From contig OZ361259.1 in assembly GCA_977018835.1 (NCBI GenBank), positions 3,534,001 to 3,598,000 on the forward strand: 64,000 bases of DNA. Direction: 5' to 3'. Position numbers and translations under genes: made by a program. Source of the stretch: Minutocellus sp. GHC0000111 (lineage: Eukaryota). The notes under the pieces are model-generated. The model made no database searches. It saw only the letters and a program-made list of their open reading frames with translations, and was not told the DNA's origin. Shown here in pieces: positions 46,500-58,549 of the stretch. The stretch's first letter is position 1. Every line of letters starts with the position of its first letter.

Positions 46500-48048
46500 G
46501 AGGGCGCTGTCCATAATTTTCCCCGTTTTTAATCCCCCTTATTCTTATTTCTTATGACGAGCGAAGCATGACAAAAACTCGACCCCACCATGAGAATCGC
46601 CGCTCTGCCCCCTCTTCATTACGATGAAGCGCAGCGCTGATAATAGTGCCGGCCCGGCCCACAACGCAGATACGCGGTTGCGGAAACTCAAGACAGATAA
46701 CTCCGGTCGCCCGATTTTGCCTGTTGACAAGAAGAAAGAGAAGGCGGAGGACAAAGCGAAAGACGCCGTTACCGAGATACTGGAGGGCCTCGCCGTCACG
46801 TTGGAGAACGACCCGAACGGACAAGGACGAGAATTATGGAACAATCCCGGCGTCGGCCATGCACTTCAACATCTTGTCAAAGCAGTCGAGGCTCGCGCTG
46901 ATAAGTATCATGTTCGGGATGATATTGATGTCGCTGCTGAGCGGCCCGGCCTCGTAGTTACCAACCTGTCCGTGGCTGATGTGAAGTTGAGGCTGACGGT
47001 CGGCATCGTCGATCAATTGCAAGATCCCATGTTTGACGCCGGACCTGAATTCTTCCCTATATTTCAACTTCATGGGAAACGGATCGATATTGGATCGGCT
47101 CTTGCTGCGCACGGCCGACCTTTCAACACCACATCGCTTACTTTGCTTGATGGAAGCGGAAAGCTTATCGTCGCTCGTGTTGCCCTGACAATTACCGAAA
47201 AGGCCCGAAGTCTACAACAGGGCCATGTGATCAAATTGACAAAGTTCCACCGATGGCATGTGGCTCCATATGATGACATACACTCTACTGCTGGGATTGG
47301 ACTAGTTGATTTTGATATTGTTGGAATGGGCCAACTTCTGCAGGTAGATGGTGGGCCATCAGCAGCGATCAGATCGGACACGGATGCTCTTGTTGCGGCC
47401 GTTTGTGAGGAAGCCGACGATGATCCGACGGCAGCGCCGGAGGCAGACACATTCGGTAATTGGGACGAGACCAGAGAGAGGCCGCCAATACCCCCTGCTT
47501 GCTGCACTGCCGCCAACCGAAGCTGCTCAATGTACGGCACACTCTTCTTTTAGAAATGCGTCTGCGAAGAAATGCTGGTGCCGACGGAGGAGGACCTGGA
47601 GGATATCGCTGACAAATACTACGCAACCACCATGCCAGTCGAAGCCATGGCAAATAATTTGAAGAGGAACATGCTGTATTGGTACTATGCAACTGAGGTG
47701 TATCATGTGAGAGGTTGGCTTGATCGGAAGCCCTTGCCAACCTGTCTAGTCTTTTGCATTAGGTTCATTTATCCAAATGATAAAGGTGAACGATATGTTG
47801 GATTCATCCCTGGTCATCAAGATGAAGAGGAAGAAGAAGAGGAAAATGCATAATCATTACCTCAACACATGTAGATAACAAGAATGTGCGTAGCACGTGA
47901 GTAACAGCACACAATAAATCCATTTTTATTTACAGTGATAAAATATTTTACACGTGTTTACAAGCTGTCATTTTCTCTCAGTATCGCCGGCATCCAAGAG
48001 CTAACATCATTTGCCGATACACCGAAGTTTGTCTTAGCTTTCTTATTA
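46500..48048 (+). mobile_element. One-ended DNA transposon fragment inserted at TTAA (Kolobok-like)
   Basis: The empty site in copy B reads gaTGTTAAgaaagaac. The filled site reads gaTGTTAA|GAGGGCGCTGTCC. No matching right terminus is seen; the right end is fused to duplicated copy B. Confidence 0.65.
46624..47853 (+). pseudogene. Element-encoded protein: RPA70N-like OB-fold plus Cys-rich P2X7-ballast-like domain; one in-frame TAG at 47551-47553
   Basis: OB-like segment: PIFQL...LTLLDGSG...LQQGHVIKLTKF...LVDFDIVG. C-terminal segment: CC..C..*KCVC...KRNMLYWYY...RKPLPTCLVFCIRFIYPNDKGERYVGF. Confidence 0.6.
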
Positions 48049-48206
48049 TGATCGACCGGAGGAAAGGCCACGTCGGCCAAAATAATGCGAGATATTTCCG
48101 TCTCGACGGCATCACTACCGGCACATATCTTCCGATTTGCAAGTAGAGAAGTCGCTAGACTTTGGCCGAGGAAGCCACCGCCACCAGTGATTATGACAAC
48201 GATCAT
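47958..48206 (-). pseudogene. First ~52 codons of DenD-SDR fused in frame to 30 codons from the inserted element
   Basis: MIVVIITGGGGFLG...FPPVD|HNKKAKTNFG...NDSL*. Confidence 0.8.
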
Positions 48207-51200
48207 TATCCTCAGATCTAATCAATCAAGTCTGATGTCGCTCCAGTTCAGGCAGCAGATACGAGCACGCACTCAACAATACGAAACACAATGCTGATCC
48301 TGTTCTAAATGAATCAAGTCTGATGTTACTCCAGCTCAAGCAGCAGCAGATATGAGCACAATTAGCAATTGTACGAGTAGCAATAAAACGCCGCCACGTA
48401 GACTATGTTGCAATCCGAAATAATCTGCAAATTGCAAGAGCAGGGAAAGATATGAAGGATATTGATCTTTGTAAGCGTCTTGAGAAAGATGTCGCGGAAA
48501 GCAATGAAAAGGCTACTCCCGACAAGAAAAAGGCTAAGACGAAGGTGACAACCGAGGAAGTAAAGGAGTACAATCGTCAGCTCATCGCTGGCAGAGAGGG
48601 AGGCGATTGCAGACTCGAGCAAGTTTATAGACACAAACGTCTCCAACAGATGATGGGTGATGCCCTCTTCATCACCTCAAGCGGAAGGAGCTTGAAACCC
48701 GTCTCAGGGGCGACCTGGGAAACGTCGCGGACACAGCCATATCAGGCGATTACAATATCGCAGTACCTTGAAGCATCCTTCGACGATGACGAAAATATCG
48801 ACTGGCAATCAGCGCATGGGCACTTACCTGAGACGACAGCAGCAATACCTGAGGTCCTTTGACGTAGGCCTACATTGCAACATGGCATCGGCACCGGCTC
48901 GGCAGAATAATGATGACGCACGCAACTGGGAAAATCTCACCGAGCCTCGCCGAAACACCAACTATCATTATGTCGTCACAGAAATTAAGGAAATTGAAAG
49001 ATACGCCGCTTTGCTTGCATCTTCACTCCACCGCACCAGCCACACATTTTTCATCAAGATGAGACTTATCACCGCCCTCCTCGTCCTCAACGCCGCCGCC
49101 ACCGCGGTTGGATTTGCCCCACCCGCCGGCCACGGCACATCTGCCGTCCGTGGCGATGCCGCCCTAGGAGCCAAACGCGATTTCTTGAGGCGTATCTTTC
49201 GCCGACCTTCGCGCCTTGCCGCCAAAGTAAGAAAAGATCTTTTTCAATGGTCGGTTCGGTTCGCTTTTTTGGCTTTCCTGCATAAGTCGTGCTGCATAAC
49301 AACATATACAGAAAATCAATTAATTGTGCCTGGGGAGGCGGATGAGAGGGCGTTTGTTGTAACAAATGCTTTTGGTTCATGGAGCTCGACTGGTGGATGC
49401 GCTGTGGCTACAACTGGCCGATTTTGCTTTCAATTATTTATTTATGCCCAAATCATTTGGTGAACACACTGTTCGACTCTCAATTACCAGCTGCTCATGG
49501 TTTTGATTCTTGTTGGATCGCTTTTTTTGAAGAAAAAAATCTCAATCATGCCTAAGTGATTGATTTGCCATTCAATGTACTAACCGACTCTCCTCACGTG
49601 ACACATACACCACCCACCCACAGGAGCGTGGATCAGGATATGGCGCCCCCGTCGACAACATCTCCGAGACCGTCGGCAACACGCCCATGGTCAAGATCAA
49701 CCGCCTTGCCCCAGAGGGAGTGACAATCTATGCCAAGGCGGAGTTTTTCAATCCCCTCTCGTCCGTCAAGGATCGTTTGGCACTCAGTATCATCGAAACT
49801 GCTGAGAAAGAAGGCAAACTCAAGCCAGGCGACACCGTCATCGAGGCCACGTCGGGCAACACAGGTGAGTGAAGACTTTGCGAATCGATTCTGTTATTGT
49901 CACAAAAATTTCTTTGTAAGCTGTAGTTGACTGATGTGATGAAAGGGCGACCTATACAACTGGTTGGACAGCACATCCTCAATACCCCTGCTTACCATTT
50001 GACATCTCACAACTCATGTCCCTTCATTTATTTACACAACTTTTTGCCCATAAGGTATCGCTGTTGCCATGATGTGTGCCCAGCGTGGCTATGATTGTGT
50101 GATCACAATGGCCGAGCCCTTTTCGGTGGAACGTCGCAAGTTGATGCGCATGCTTGGGGCCAAGGTCATTGTAACGCCCAAGGCAGGCAAGGGTACCGGG
50201 ATGGTCGAGAAAGCCGCCGAACTGGCTGAAAAGCACGGTTGGTTCCTCTGCCACCAATTCGAAACGGAAGCCAACTGGAAATTCCACGAAGCGACAACGG
50301 GCCCCGAGATCATCAACGACATCAAGGCCGCTGGAAGCAAGCTGGACTATTGGGTTACAGGATATGGCACTGGTGGAACGTACCACGGTGCTGGCAAGTA
50401 TATCAAGGCCAAAAGTCCTGATACGAAGATTGTCCTTGCTGAACCCGGCGCTGCCGCCCTCATTGACTCTGGGGTCAAGACCGAGCGCAACGCCGATGGA
50501 TCTCCCGCGGGGACACATCCGGCATTCTCGGCTCATCCCATTCAGGGTTGGACTCCAGATTTTATTCCTCTCGTCTTGGAGAAGGGGATGGAACTCGACC
50601 TCATGGACGACTATGTTTCCATCCCGGACGGAGCAGCCGTAGAAACTTCCCAGGCCCTTGCAAAGAAGGAGGGTATTCTGACTGGCATCTCGGGGGGAGC
50701 CACTATGTGGGCAGCCATTGAAACTGCCAAGAAGGCCCCGAAAGGCAGCGTCATTGTTGCCATGTTGCCTGATACGGGCGAGCGCTACCTTTCGACTCCT
50801 CTCTTTGCCAGCATCGATGCTGACATGAATGAAGCTGAGTTGGAGATTGCTCGGTCCACTCCCAGCTGGATCCTCGAGCCTGCCGCCTAAGAGGTGTTGG
50901 GCGGAATATCCATGTCACTGCTTGAGGAGAGTCGTCGTCTTAGACTACAAGCTCTATCTAATTTTATCAAAGTAAATCAGACTCGGGCAAAAATTGCAAC
51001 AACAGTCTGATCAAGCTAATACTTGTGTAGCCAAACCATGCCGGTAATGCGTGGTACCGGATGTGGCGCATTTTCATTACAACATACAGGAAATTATCGT
51101 CTTTCCGTCACCCGAAACTATCGAATCTGTGGTATTTGCCGCCCGAGCCGTCTATCAGGCCCCATTGCTCACGGTCGACGAGTGTCGTCACATTATTGAC

Positions 51201-51733
51201 ATGGCTCATGCGGCAGCGGAACGCAATGCGGAGTTCGCTTCGAAAGAAGCGGCAAAACAGGAGTTTCTTCGTGGTGCGGGTATAATATCGAGAGTAGATG
51301 ATGAGGCCGATGACTTTATTCAGCAGCACCAGCGCAATAACAACGAAGGGCATGTCGTAGAGGGAAGGACATTGCTCGACGAGCCAAAAGGCTGGACAAA
51401 GGATAGACACACGAGCTATCCAACGACAGATCTCAATCTGGTCACCGATCCTTTTACAACTAATGACCGAGACTTTCTCAAGAAGATACTGGATGCGAGG
51501 TTGGCACCACTGTTGGAACGAGTTTGTGGAATAGCTCCAGACGACACAACTTCGAGAATGGCCAAAAATCATTGAGAGGCCACACGGATTCATCACATGT
51601 TTCATTTAATATCCTTCTGAACGATGAATTCAGCGGCGGTGGTACTAGGTGAGATCTGTTGTTAAAAAGGATTGATTTTCGGCAAGTTTGCGGACACTTA
51701 TAGCCAGCTTCTGATCGTTTCTCTAGATGTTAA
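48049..51733 (+). repeat. Segmental duplication copy B (= 42784-46501, offset 5265)
   Basis: Near-identical sequence and ORF set, beginning inside the DenD-SDR gene. Confidence 0.95.
49059..50890 (+). CDS. cysK: Plastid cysteine synthase, copy B
   Basis: The translation is identical to copy A, with the same introns at +5265. Confidence 0.93.
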
Positions 51734-52509
51734 GAAAGAACGCTGATTTCTTCATTGTGCTGTCATGGCCGAATTTCTCTTTTTCAACAAAATCCTTCTC
51801 TTCCAGATTCCACAATCGTGTCGCAGGAACATATCAGGACGCAACGCCAAATCCAGGAGAAGTCATCATCAACAATGCCTTGGTTTTTCAGTGAGTTTTT
51901 CTTTGCTCTGCATTTTTATCTATCTCTTATTTTGTGCTTTTCAATGCTAATGATGAATGAACCCAAACCCTCACTCTTTCAACGATAAAAACAACCAAAC
52001 CACAAATAATAATGAACAGTGAGGGGCTACCCGTCTCGAGTGGAACGAGATATATTCTGGTCGGATTCATGAGCGTCGACCGTGTCGATCCGATATCACA
52101 GGAAGGCACTGGGCTGGGCATCTTCGCCAGTTATTTCAGCCTGCCTTGGCTTCAAGTACAACTCAAGGACGCCATTTACAATTCCTACGAGCGGATGAAT
52201 GACGGCGGTGAGCCAAAGTGGACCGACAATAAATACGTTCGCAATTTGTTCCGGGATGTCGTCTCGGCTGCCCAGCTTTTTGGGGACTTGTGGGCGCCTT
52301 ATACACTGACAAAGTTGGTGGATGATGCGAATTCGAGTCGATTCATCGAAGCTTTGGATGATGCCGAGGATAGAAAGAGAGAAAAAGGAGTGAACACTCG
52401 ACGCGCCAATTGGTTTACTGGCCAAAATCTTCACGTTGATCTAGATGGAACCATCACAAAAGAATGGCAAACGAGAAAGAAAGCAGGAGACAAATTTAAG
52501 GAGCTGTAA
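51051..52509 (+). pseudogene. 2OG-Fe(II) oxygenase, copy B: has all 3' exons (introns 51649-51806 and 51891-52019) but a net 31-nt frameshifting deletion at about 51540
   Basis: The spliced 3' part reads GGTR|FHNR...NNALVFH|EGLPVSSGTRYILVGF (distal His and 2OG-binding Arg). The deletion removes GAIRANDMFVV relative to copies A and C. Confidence 0.85.
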
Positions 52510-52810
52510 TTTAGATACAATAATGCCCCAACTTCTCTACCACGAGAAGTGAAGCGATAATTCCAGTCGACGCTTGGTCCATCCATTATGTCAGATTATT
52601 TTAATATGTATTGGTAAATATTGTCTCTCGCAGTCTTTCAGCGAGGTCTAAGTCTTGATTGACGATGTATCGGCCAATGATCCACCGTCCAGACGAAGAA
52701 GAACAAAAATGAAAGGCACCACGAACTGGCCCACAACCAGGCATTTGCATAAGTAAATGAAGGCATAGCTCAACCCGAGCCTCTGCTTTCCATGTTCCGT
52801 AATAAAAAAT

Positions 52811-54308
52811 TTAGAGGGACGGACCAGCATATTCCGGAATTACAAAGGGAAGAATGCTCTTGGTCATGGGGGCCATAACATCACCGTCGTAGTGAGGAAT
52901 GACGCCCTTGAGGGCAGGGACGGCTCCCTCCATCTTGGCCTCGGAGATGAAGCCAAAGATGCCCAGCTGTGCCAATCGTCCGTTGTTGATCTCGGCCCGG
53001 AGGCGCTTCTCCTTCTGCTCTTCGGACATATTCTTGTTGCGGCCAAAGGGGTCGTAAAGATTGAGAGCGCCGCCGGGGATGAACTTGGCATCAAAGGCGG
53101 GGAATTCACCGATCTTACCGCCCTTCATGTAGTGCTTGTCGCAAGCAACCTCGCGCCACTTTGGTTTATTGCGAAATTCAAATCATTATAATAGGAAACA
53201 AAGGAACGAAAATAGGTGAGGATATGCTGAAATACAACACCAGTAATTTCAAAGTTCAGCCTCATTCACGACGTCTTCAATTGTGCATGACACATAATGC
53301 ATCGACTCACGAACTCGAGGAAACCAACGAACCAGAAGATCTGGAGCTTGGCAATGTCGGGGATGGCATCCCAAGCCTCGGGAGGGGAGAGGCCGGTGGG
53401 GAAGGCATCGCCCTCGAGGGCCATGGGCCAGGGCCAGGTGATGCCGTTGGCGTGGACGATGTATCCAACGAAGGCAAACATGGCGATGCGGCCGTGCTTG
53501 ACCTCGGCCTCGCGGAGGAAGCCGATGGTGGCCTCGTTGCCAGAGCCCCAGAAGTCGGCATCGGCAAGGCCAAGGGGATCGTAGAAGCCGATGGCAGGGT
53601 TGAGGTCCTTGGCGAGAGACTGGAGGTCAGCCTATTTATTTATAGATATAGAGACACAGAGAAAAGGACGATGGCAAATGTGAGAGAATGTATCATCGAA
53701 TGTAACAAAGGAGAATGAAAGATGTATCACGAGGGTCACGAAGGGAATATCGAGGAAAATTTTCCGATGAAAAAAGTGATGCCGAGAATGGAAGCCTTTT
53801 GCTCCAAACAAATAAGTAATCGAAGCACCCATCCACTGGAGCTGATAACATCGAACGCTTGCATGGAATGCAAATTGCAATCAAATGGCGGTTCTTGTTC
53901 ATTTCCCGTCATGAGCCCACATTCCCCCGGAATGAACCACTTCTTCGTCCCAGCTGCAGCTCAAAGTAGCCAGGAAGAACAGTTATCGCCTCATCTTTCG
54001 CGCAGGGAAAAAGTAGCACATGATATGCCAAAAACCGCTGTGGCCCTAGGCCATGCATGGTCAATCTTTCTCAACAAATCTTCAGGAATGACTGCGCAAT
54101 CAAGTTTCCAGCGGCAGCAGATCCCTCTCAATCATCATTGCTTGGCTCGTTCAAAATCCTACTCGAAAAGTTTGCTTCAAGTTCCGCAGTAGGACAACGA
54201 TCGCACCTTGGTCTCGTGGAGCTGAGTGGTGGCCGATCGGCCGGACTGGGCCGCGGGAGCAAAGGCGGCAGCCGAGGTGGCAAGGAGGGCGGCAATGGCA
54301 AGCTTCAT
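52811..54308 (-). CDS. Fucoxanthin-chlorophyll a/c binding protein (Lhcq-like); exons 54308-54207, 53631-53311 and 53158-52811
   Basis: Presequence MKLAIAALLATSAAAFAP. Motifs GFYDPLGL, REAEVKHGRIAM and AEINNGRLA. GT-AG junctions are in frame. Confidence 0.93.
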
Positions 54309-55174
54309 CTTTTACGTGTACAGCGCAGTATTTATTATGACAGAGGGGGAGGAGTAATCGATACAATCGGGACGGCGTCAAGCAAAGGTCGCGTGGCTTT
54401 GTTGAATATGTTTTTGTTGACAAATGTGAATATGAAAAATAACGACCAAAATTAATTATCTATTTACCAGCAACTTGAAGCGGATGGATCGGCAGACCAC
54501 AACAACGGGACCAGACAGGGATGATGCAAGTCAAGTGCGAAGTGCTCGAAGAAACCGGACCACTATTCATTCTCCTGAAGGTGAGCACGGAGAGGGATGG
54601 GTTGGATTTCATGGATGAGCAATTGAATGTATTGCATTCGACGGCAACCGTGCAGGGATATATCTGGGAAAGTATCTTTGCACGGCAAGGAGCCACGGTT
54701 CTCGCTGGTCGGCAGAAGTACATCCTTCCAGTTGACCGACGGACGATCTTCAACGTTCGTCGTCATCCAAGGGGTGGTGTGAGGGCAAGCCATTGCTGAG
54801 TGGAAATACCAAACACAGCTAAAGTGCTAAGAGACTTGGGGTGGACGGTTCGACGTGCATAGTGTTGCATGTGTGTGGCCTGCAAAGTGTCCAATCATCT
54901 GTCGGAATGAGGAATGTCGTGGCAAACCTTTTCGAGATTTGGCGAAGCCACCCTGAGAAGTTCAACGTGTTGGCAGGCGGGCGGAACAAGGACAAGGCTG
55001 GAATGGAAACATATATGCTCTGGCGCAGGATGGATACTCGCTTGCACGCGGTCCGATTCTTTACGACCATATTCCTAAGGTGTCATATCTTTTTTCACAC
55101 TTCTCACATACCACATCTTGTGCTTCTTTTTTCACCCAAAACACTTCCAGTCAAAAACACTTTTTATTTCCACC
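54309..55174. promoter_or_regulatory. Intergenic region between divergent FCP genes (probable bidirectional promoter)
   Basis: Head-to-head ATGs at 54308 (-) and 55175 (+). Inferred from position only. Confidence 0.5.
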
Positions 55175-58100
55175 ATGTTCAAGCTCGCTGCCTTTGCCTC
55201 CCTCCTCGCCGGCGCTTCCGCCTTCGCCCCCGCCCAGTCCCGCCGTGCCGCCACTTCTCTCGCCGTCAACGAGCTTGAGATCGGTGCCACCGCCCCCCTC
55301 GGCGTCTACGACCCCCTCGGCTGGCTCGACACCGAGCCCGAGGCCTTCGAGCGCCGTCGTGCCGTCGAGCGCAAGCACGGCCGCGTCGCCATGGCCGCCG
55401 TCCTCGGCTCCATCGTCCACCACAACGACATCGAGTTCGACGGATACCTCAGCCCCTCCCAGAACCTCAAGTTCTCCGACATCCCCAACGGCGTCGACGG
55501 CATCCGCGCCGTCCCCACCGCCGGCCTCCTCCAGATCCTCTTCTTCTTCGCCCTCGTCGAGCTCGCCTGGATGCCCGCCTCCAAGTACGACGGTGACTAC
55601 GGCGTCGGATGGTTCGGCGATGCCATCGAGGACCCCGAGGAGAAGGCCCGCAAGCTCAACGCCGAGATCAACAACGGCCGTGCCGCCATGATGGGCATCC
55701 TCGGCATCATGGTCCACGACGTCATGGACGGCAAGCCCTTCATCTTCATCGACATGAAATTGAAGAAACTGGAGCAACCCACCGGCCATTCCACCAGCAG
55801 TGGAAAGCACAAGATGCACCCATCGCCCATCGATCTAACAACGTCTCCCGCGCTCAAGTCGCCTGGACAGTGCGTCATATTTTCCCTTCAGCTTGGCCGG
55901 GGGATGTCTCGAGCTCGTGTCGAGCTCTTATCAAAGACGATCCTTGCGAAGAAGCCTGACACTTGCATTGTAAATGCGTTCAATTCCAGCCCTTCACCGA
56001 GCCATGTCGTGATAGATCCTCAAATTGACGCTATGAATGTCGCATCGGCGTTGGAATTCGACAGTCCTGACAAAATGGCCAGTCATTTTGCAGCCTCTAA
56101 GATCCACGCTGTCACGCCGCACTGGGTGCTGACCTGCGACAATCTCCACAGCGAGCCGCCTATCGATTACCTCTGGGGAGGTTATCGACGGTATCAATCT
56201 GCTTCAGCCGCGAAACCAAAGGTGAGGAATGACAAAGCGGCGTGTGTGATCATAGTTGCATGTGCTACCGTAGTAGATTTTACATGTCTCACTCACTGGG
56301 TATTCTCATTTTCTGCATATGTTTCCCCTTTTCTGCAGACCAACAATAGCAAGAAGCGGCGGCTCCAGCCGAAAGATCGATGGTTAAAGTCTCGCAAGTT
56401 GGATGAATTTGCTCCCATTACTTCAGTTAAGGCATCGGAATTGCGAGATGATGATTCATCGATTGGTAGATTGATTCGTCGAAGGGAAGGTCTCGAAGAG
56501 GAAAGCAGAAACCGTGGCATTTTCAGTGCTATGCGAGGCGTTGCTCCAAAACGGAACGGAGCCCTTGCGGCAATGTTCGATGAGATGGCTGACCTGCAGA
56601 AACAAAGCCCACTTGAAAAGATAGACGAGTGGCGAGCCTACACATACACTATGGTTGCAGGAAGGCTCCGGCACCTCGACTTTGAAGTTACGTTAGATGC
56701 TGATGTTCTGGGATCCGTAAGGGGCATCCGCGGCTTTGGAAGTTGTGTGATGACCAAGATCAAACAATTTCTCGCCACGGGTTCTTGCGACAAGCTGAAA
56801 TCTTTGCGCACCGACCCCGCCCGTGTTGCCGTCCGTGAGCTTACGAACATATGGGGTGTCGGACCAAAGACCGCCTCGAATTTGGTAAACAGAGGATACC
56901 GGTGCATCGCTGACGTTCGCCGTGGGCTGGCAAGTGGTGATATTGACCTTAGCGACAATGCACGAGTTGGCGTAGATTGCTACGAGGATTTCCTTGAGCG
57001 TATGGAACGTGAAGAAGTCAAACAGATTGGTGATATTGTTGCGGCCTCAGTCTACAAGGTTTATCCCGAGGCGGAAGTGTCTACGATGGGGAGCTATCGG
57101 CGCGGAAAGTCACAGAGCGGCGACTCTGATGTCTTAATCGTTCATCCCTGCTTCGTGTCGACAACACCCAAAGACTCTCTTGCCAGAGTTCTGAGGCTAT
57201 TGGAACGAGACGGGAACATTGCTAACCACCTTACCACCGTGAAGACGTCGTCCGATGGAACACTTCCCAATGATTCCGAACTCAGCGCAAACCTTGACTC
57301 TCAGAACGATCAAGATCAGCTTTCAGTCGATGACGAGTACCGAGCGGCAACGACAAGGCGGTCCCTGACTTTAGGTGATGATCACCCCGGATCTGTGAGC
57401 TGGATGGGAGTGTTTTATTCGCCGATGCACGACGGAAAGCGACGTCGTGTCGATATCAAATTTTATCCTTGCAGAGAGAAAGCCTTTGTGAGTATTATTG
57501 TCGATGATCTTGCCAATCTCGATGTTCAGGAGTCGAGCAGTACACTGGACCTTCTCAAGTCTACCAATGTCGTGATACGTCCGGCTTGACTTACTAGACT
57601 CACTCGACTCGACTCAATTGACTCGACTCGACTCAATTGACTCGACTCAATTGACTCGACTCGACTAACTCGACTCGACTCGACTCGACTAACTCGTTTT
57701 GACTCGACTAACTCGACTCGACTAACTCGACTCGACTCGACTAACTCGACTCGACTCGACTAACTCGACTCGACTCGACTAACTCGACTAACTCGACTCG
57801 ACTACTCTCTGTGGGAGATTTCTCTCTCCTTGATTGTATGAGCGGGGAAAGTTCACCTTCTTCTCCCCATACCTCTCACAGCATCTCTTATTTCCTTTCC
57901 GTCTCTTTCTCATCTCCTTTTGATACAAAATCTTTTACCTTGCAGTGCAAACTTTATTTTACAGGATCAGGAACATTCAACAGAAGCATGAGGTTGTGGG
58001 CAACGAAAGTAAGTTTACATTATGTCGCTCCTGAATCTCGACTGCATGTATGTGGGGAAGAGTCACCAATGTCATCACTTTACCGGTATTGCATTCTAAA

Positions 58101-58429
58101 CCTCGGATACTTTCAATTTATATTGTCACATCCACCACCGTCAGTCCTGTAAAATGACTTTGAATGATCATGGTCTCTTCAAGCTGAATGTTGCAGATCA
58201 TCATCAGTACTACAGAATGAAGAGGGATGACAAACGCCAATCTCGAGGAGAAATAATCAACTGCAAAACGGAAAAAGATATCTTTGATGCTCTGGGCCTG
58301 GAATTTCGAACACCCCAAAAACGAAGAGACTTTGACGACGTCGTTGAAAAGGGAAGTGCGAAACCAATATCATTGAACGTAAGTGAGAAGGATTTTGCGG
58401 AAGAGTCGCGGCAGCAGTGGGTCCGATGA
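55175..58429 (+). CDS. Chimeric gene: complete plastid-targeted FCP (55175-55756) fused in frame to BRCT-PolX copy C
   Basis: MFKLAAFASLLAGASAFAP...ERKHGRVAM...EINNGRAAM...PFIFIDM|KLKKLEQPTG..., with no stop at the junction. The PolX introns are retained. Confidence 0.85.
57590..57804 (+). repeat. Intronic (GACTC)n/(GACTAACTC)n microsatellite, copy C allele
   Basis: 4 bp shorter than copy A, with a different order of units (three tcaattgac units versus one). Confidence 0.95.
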
Positions 58430-58549
58430 GCATTTCTTAACAGGCGTTCTCATAGCCGCCGGCAACACACCAGTACGGCACGTCGTACTGCACGGGGGAA
58501 TCAGCGAAGCGTGATAATTTATTTAGTTTGCTTAAAAATCGAGAAAAAA

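Noticed and set aside
46496..46520. piggyBac assignment for the TTAA insertion
   Set aside because: piggyBac ends typically start with CC(C/T), whereas this end starts GAGGG. Kolobok, or possibly Sola3, fits better.
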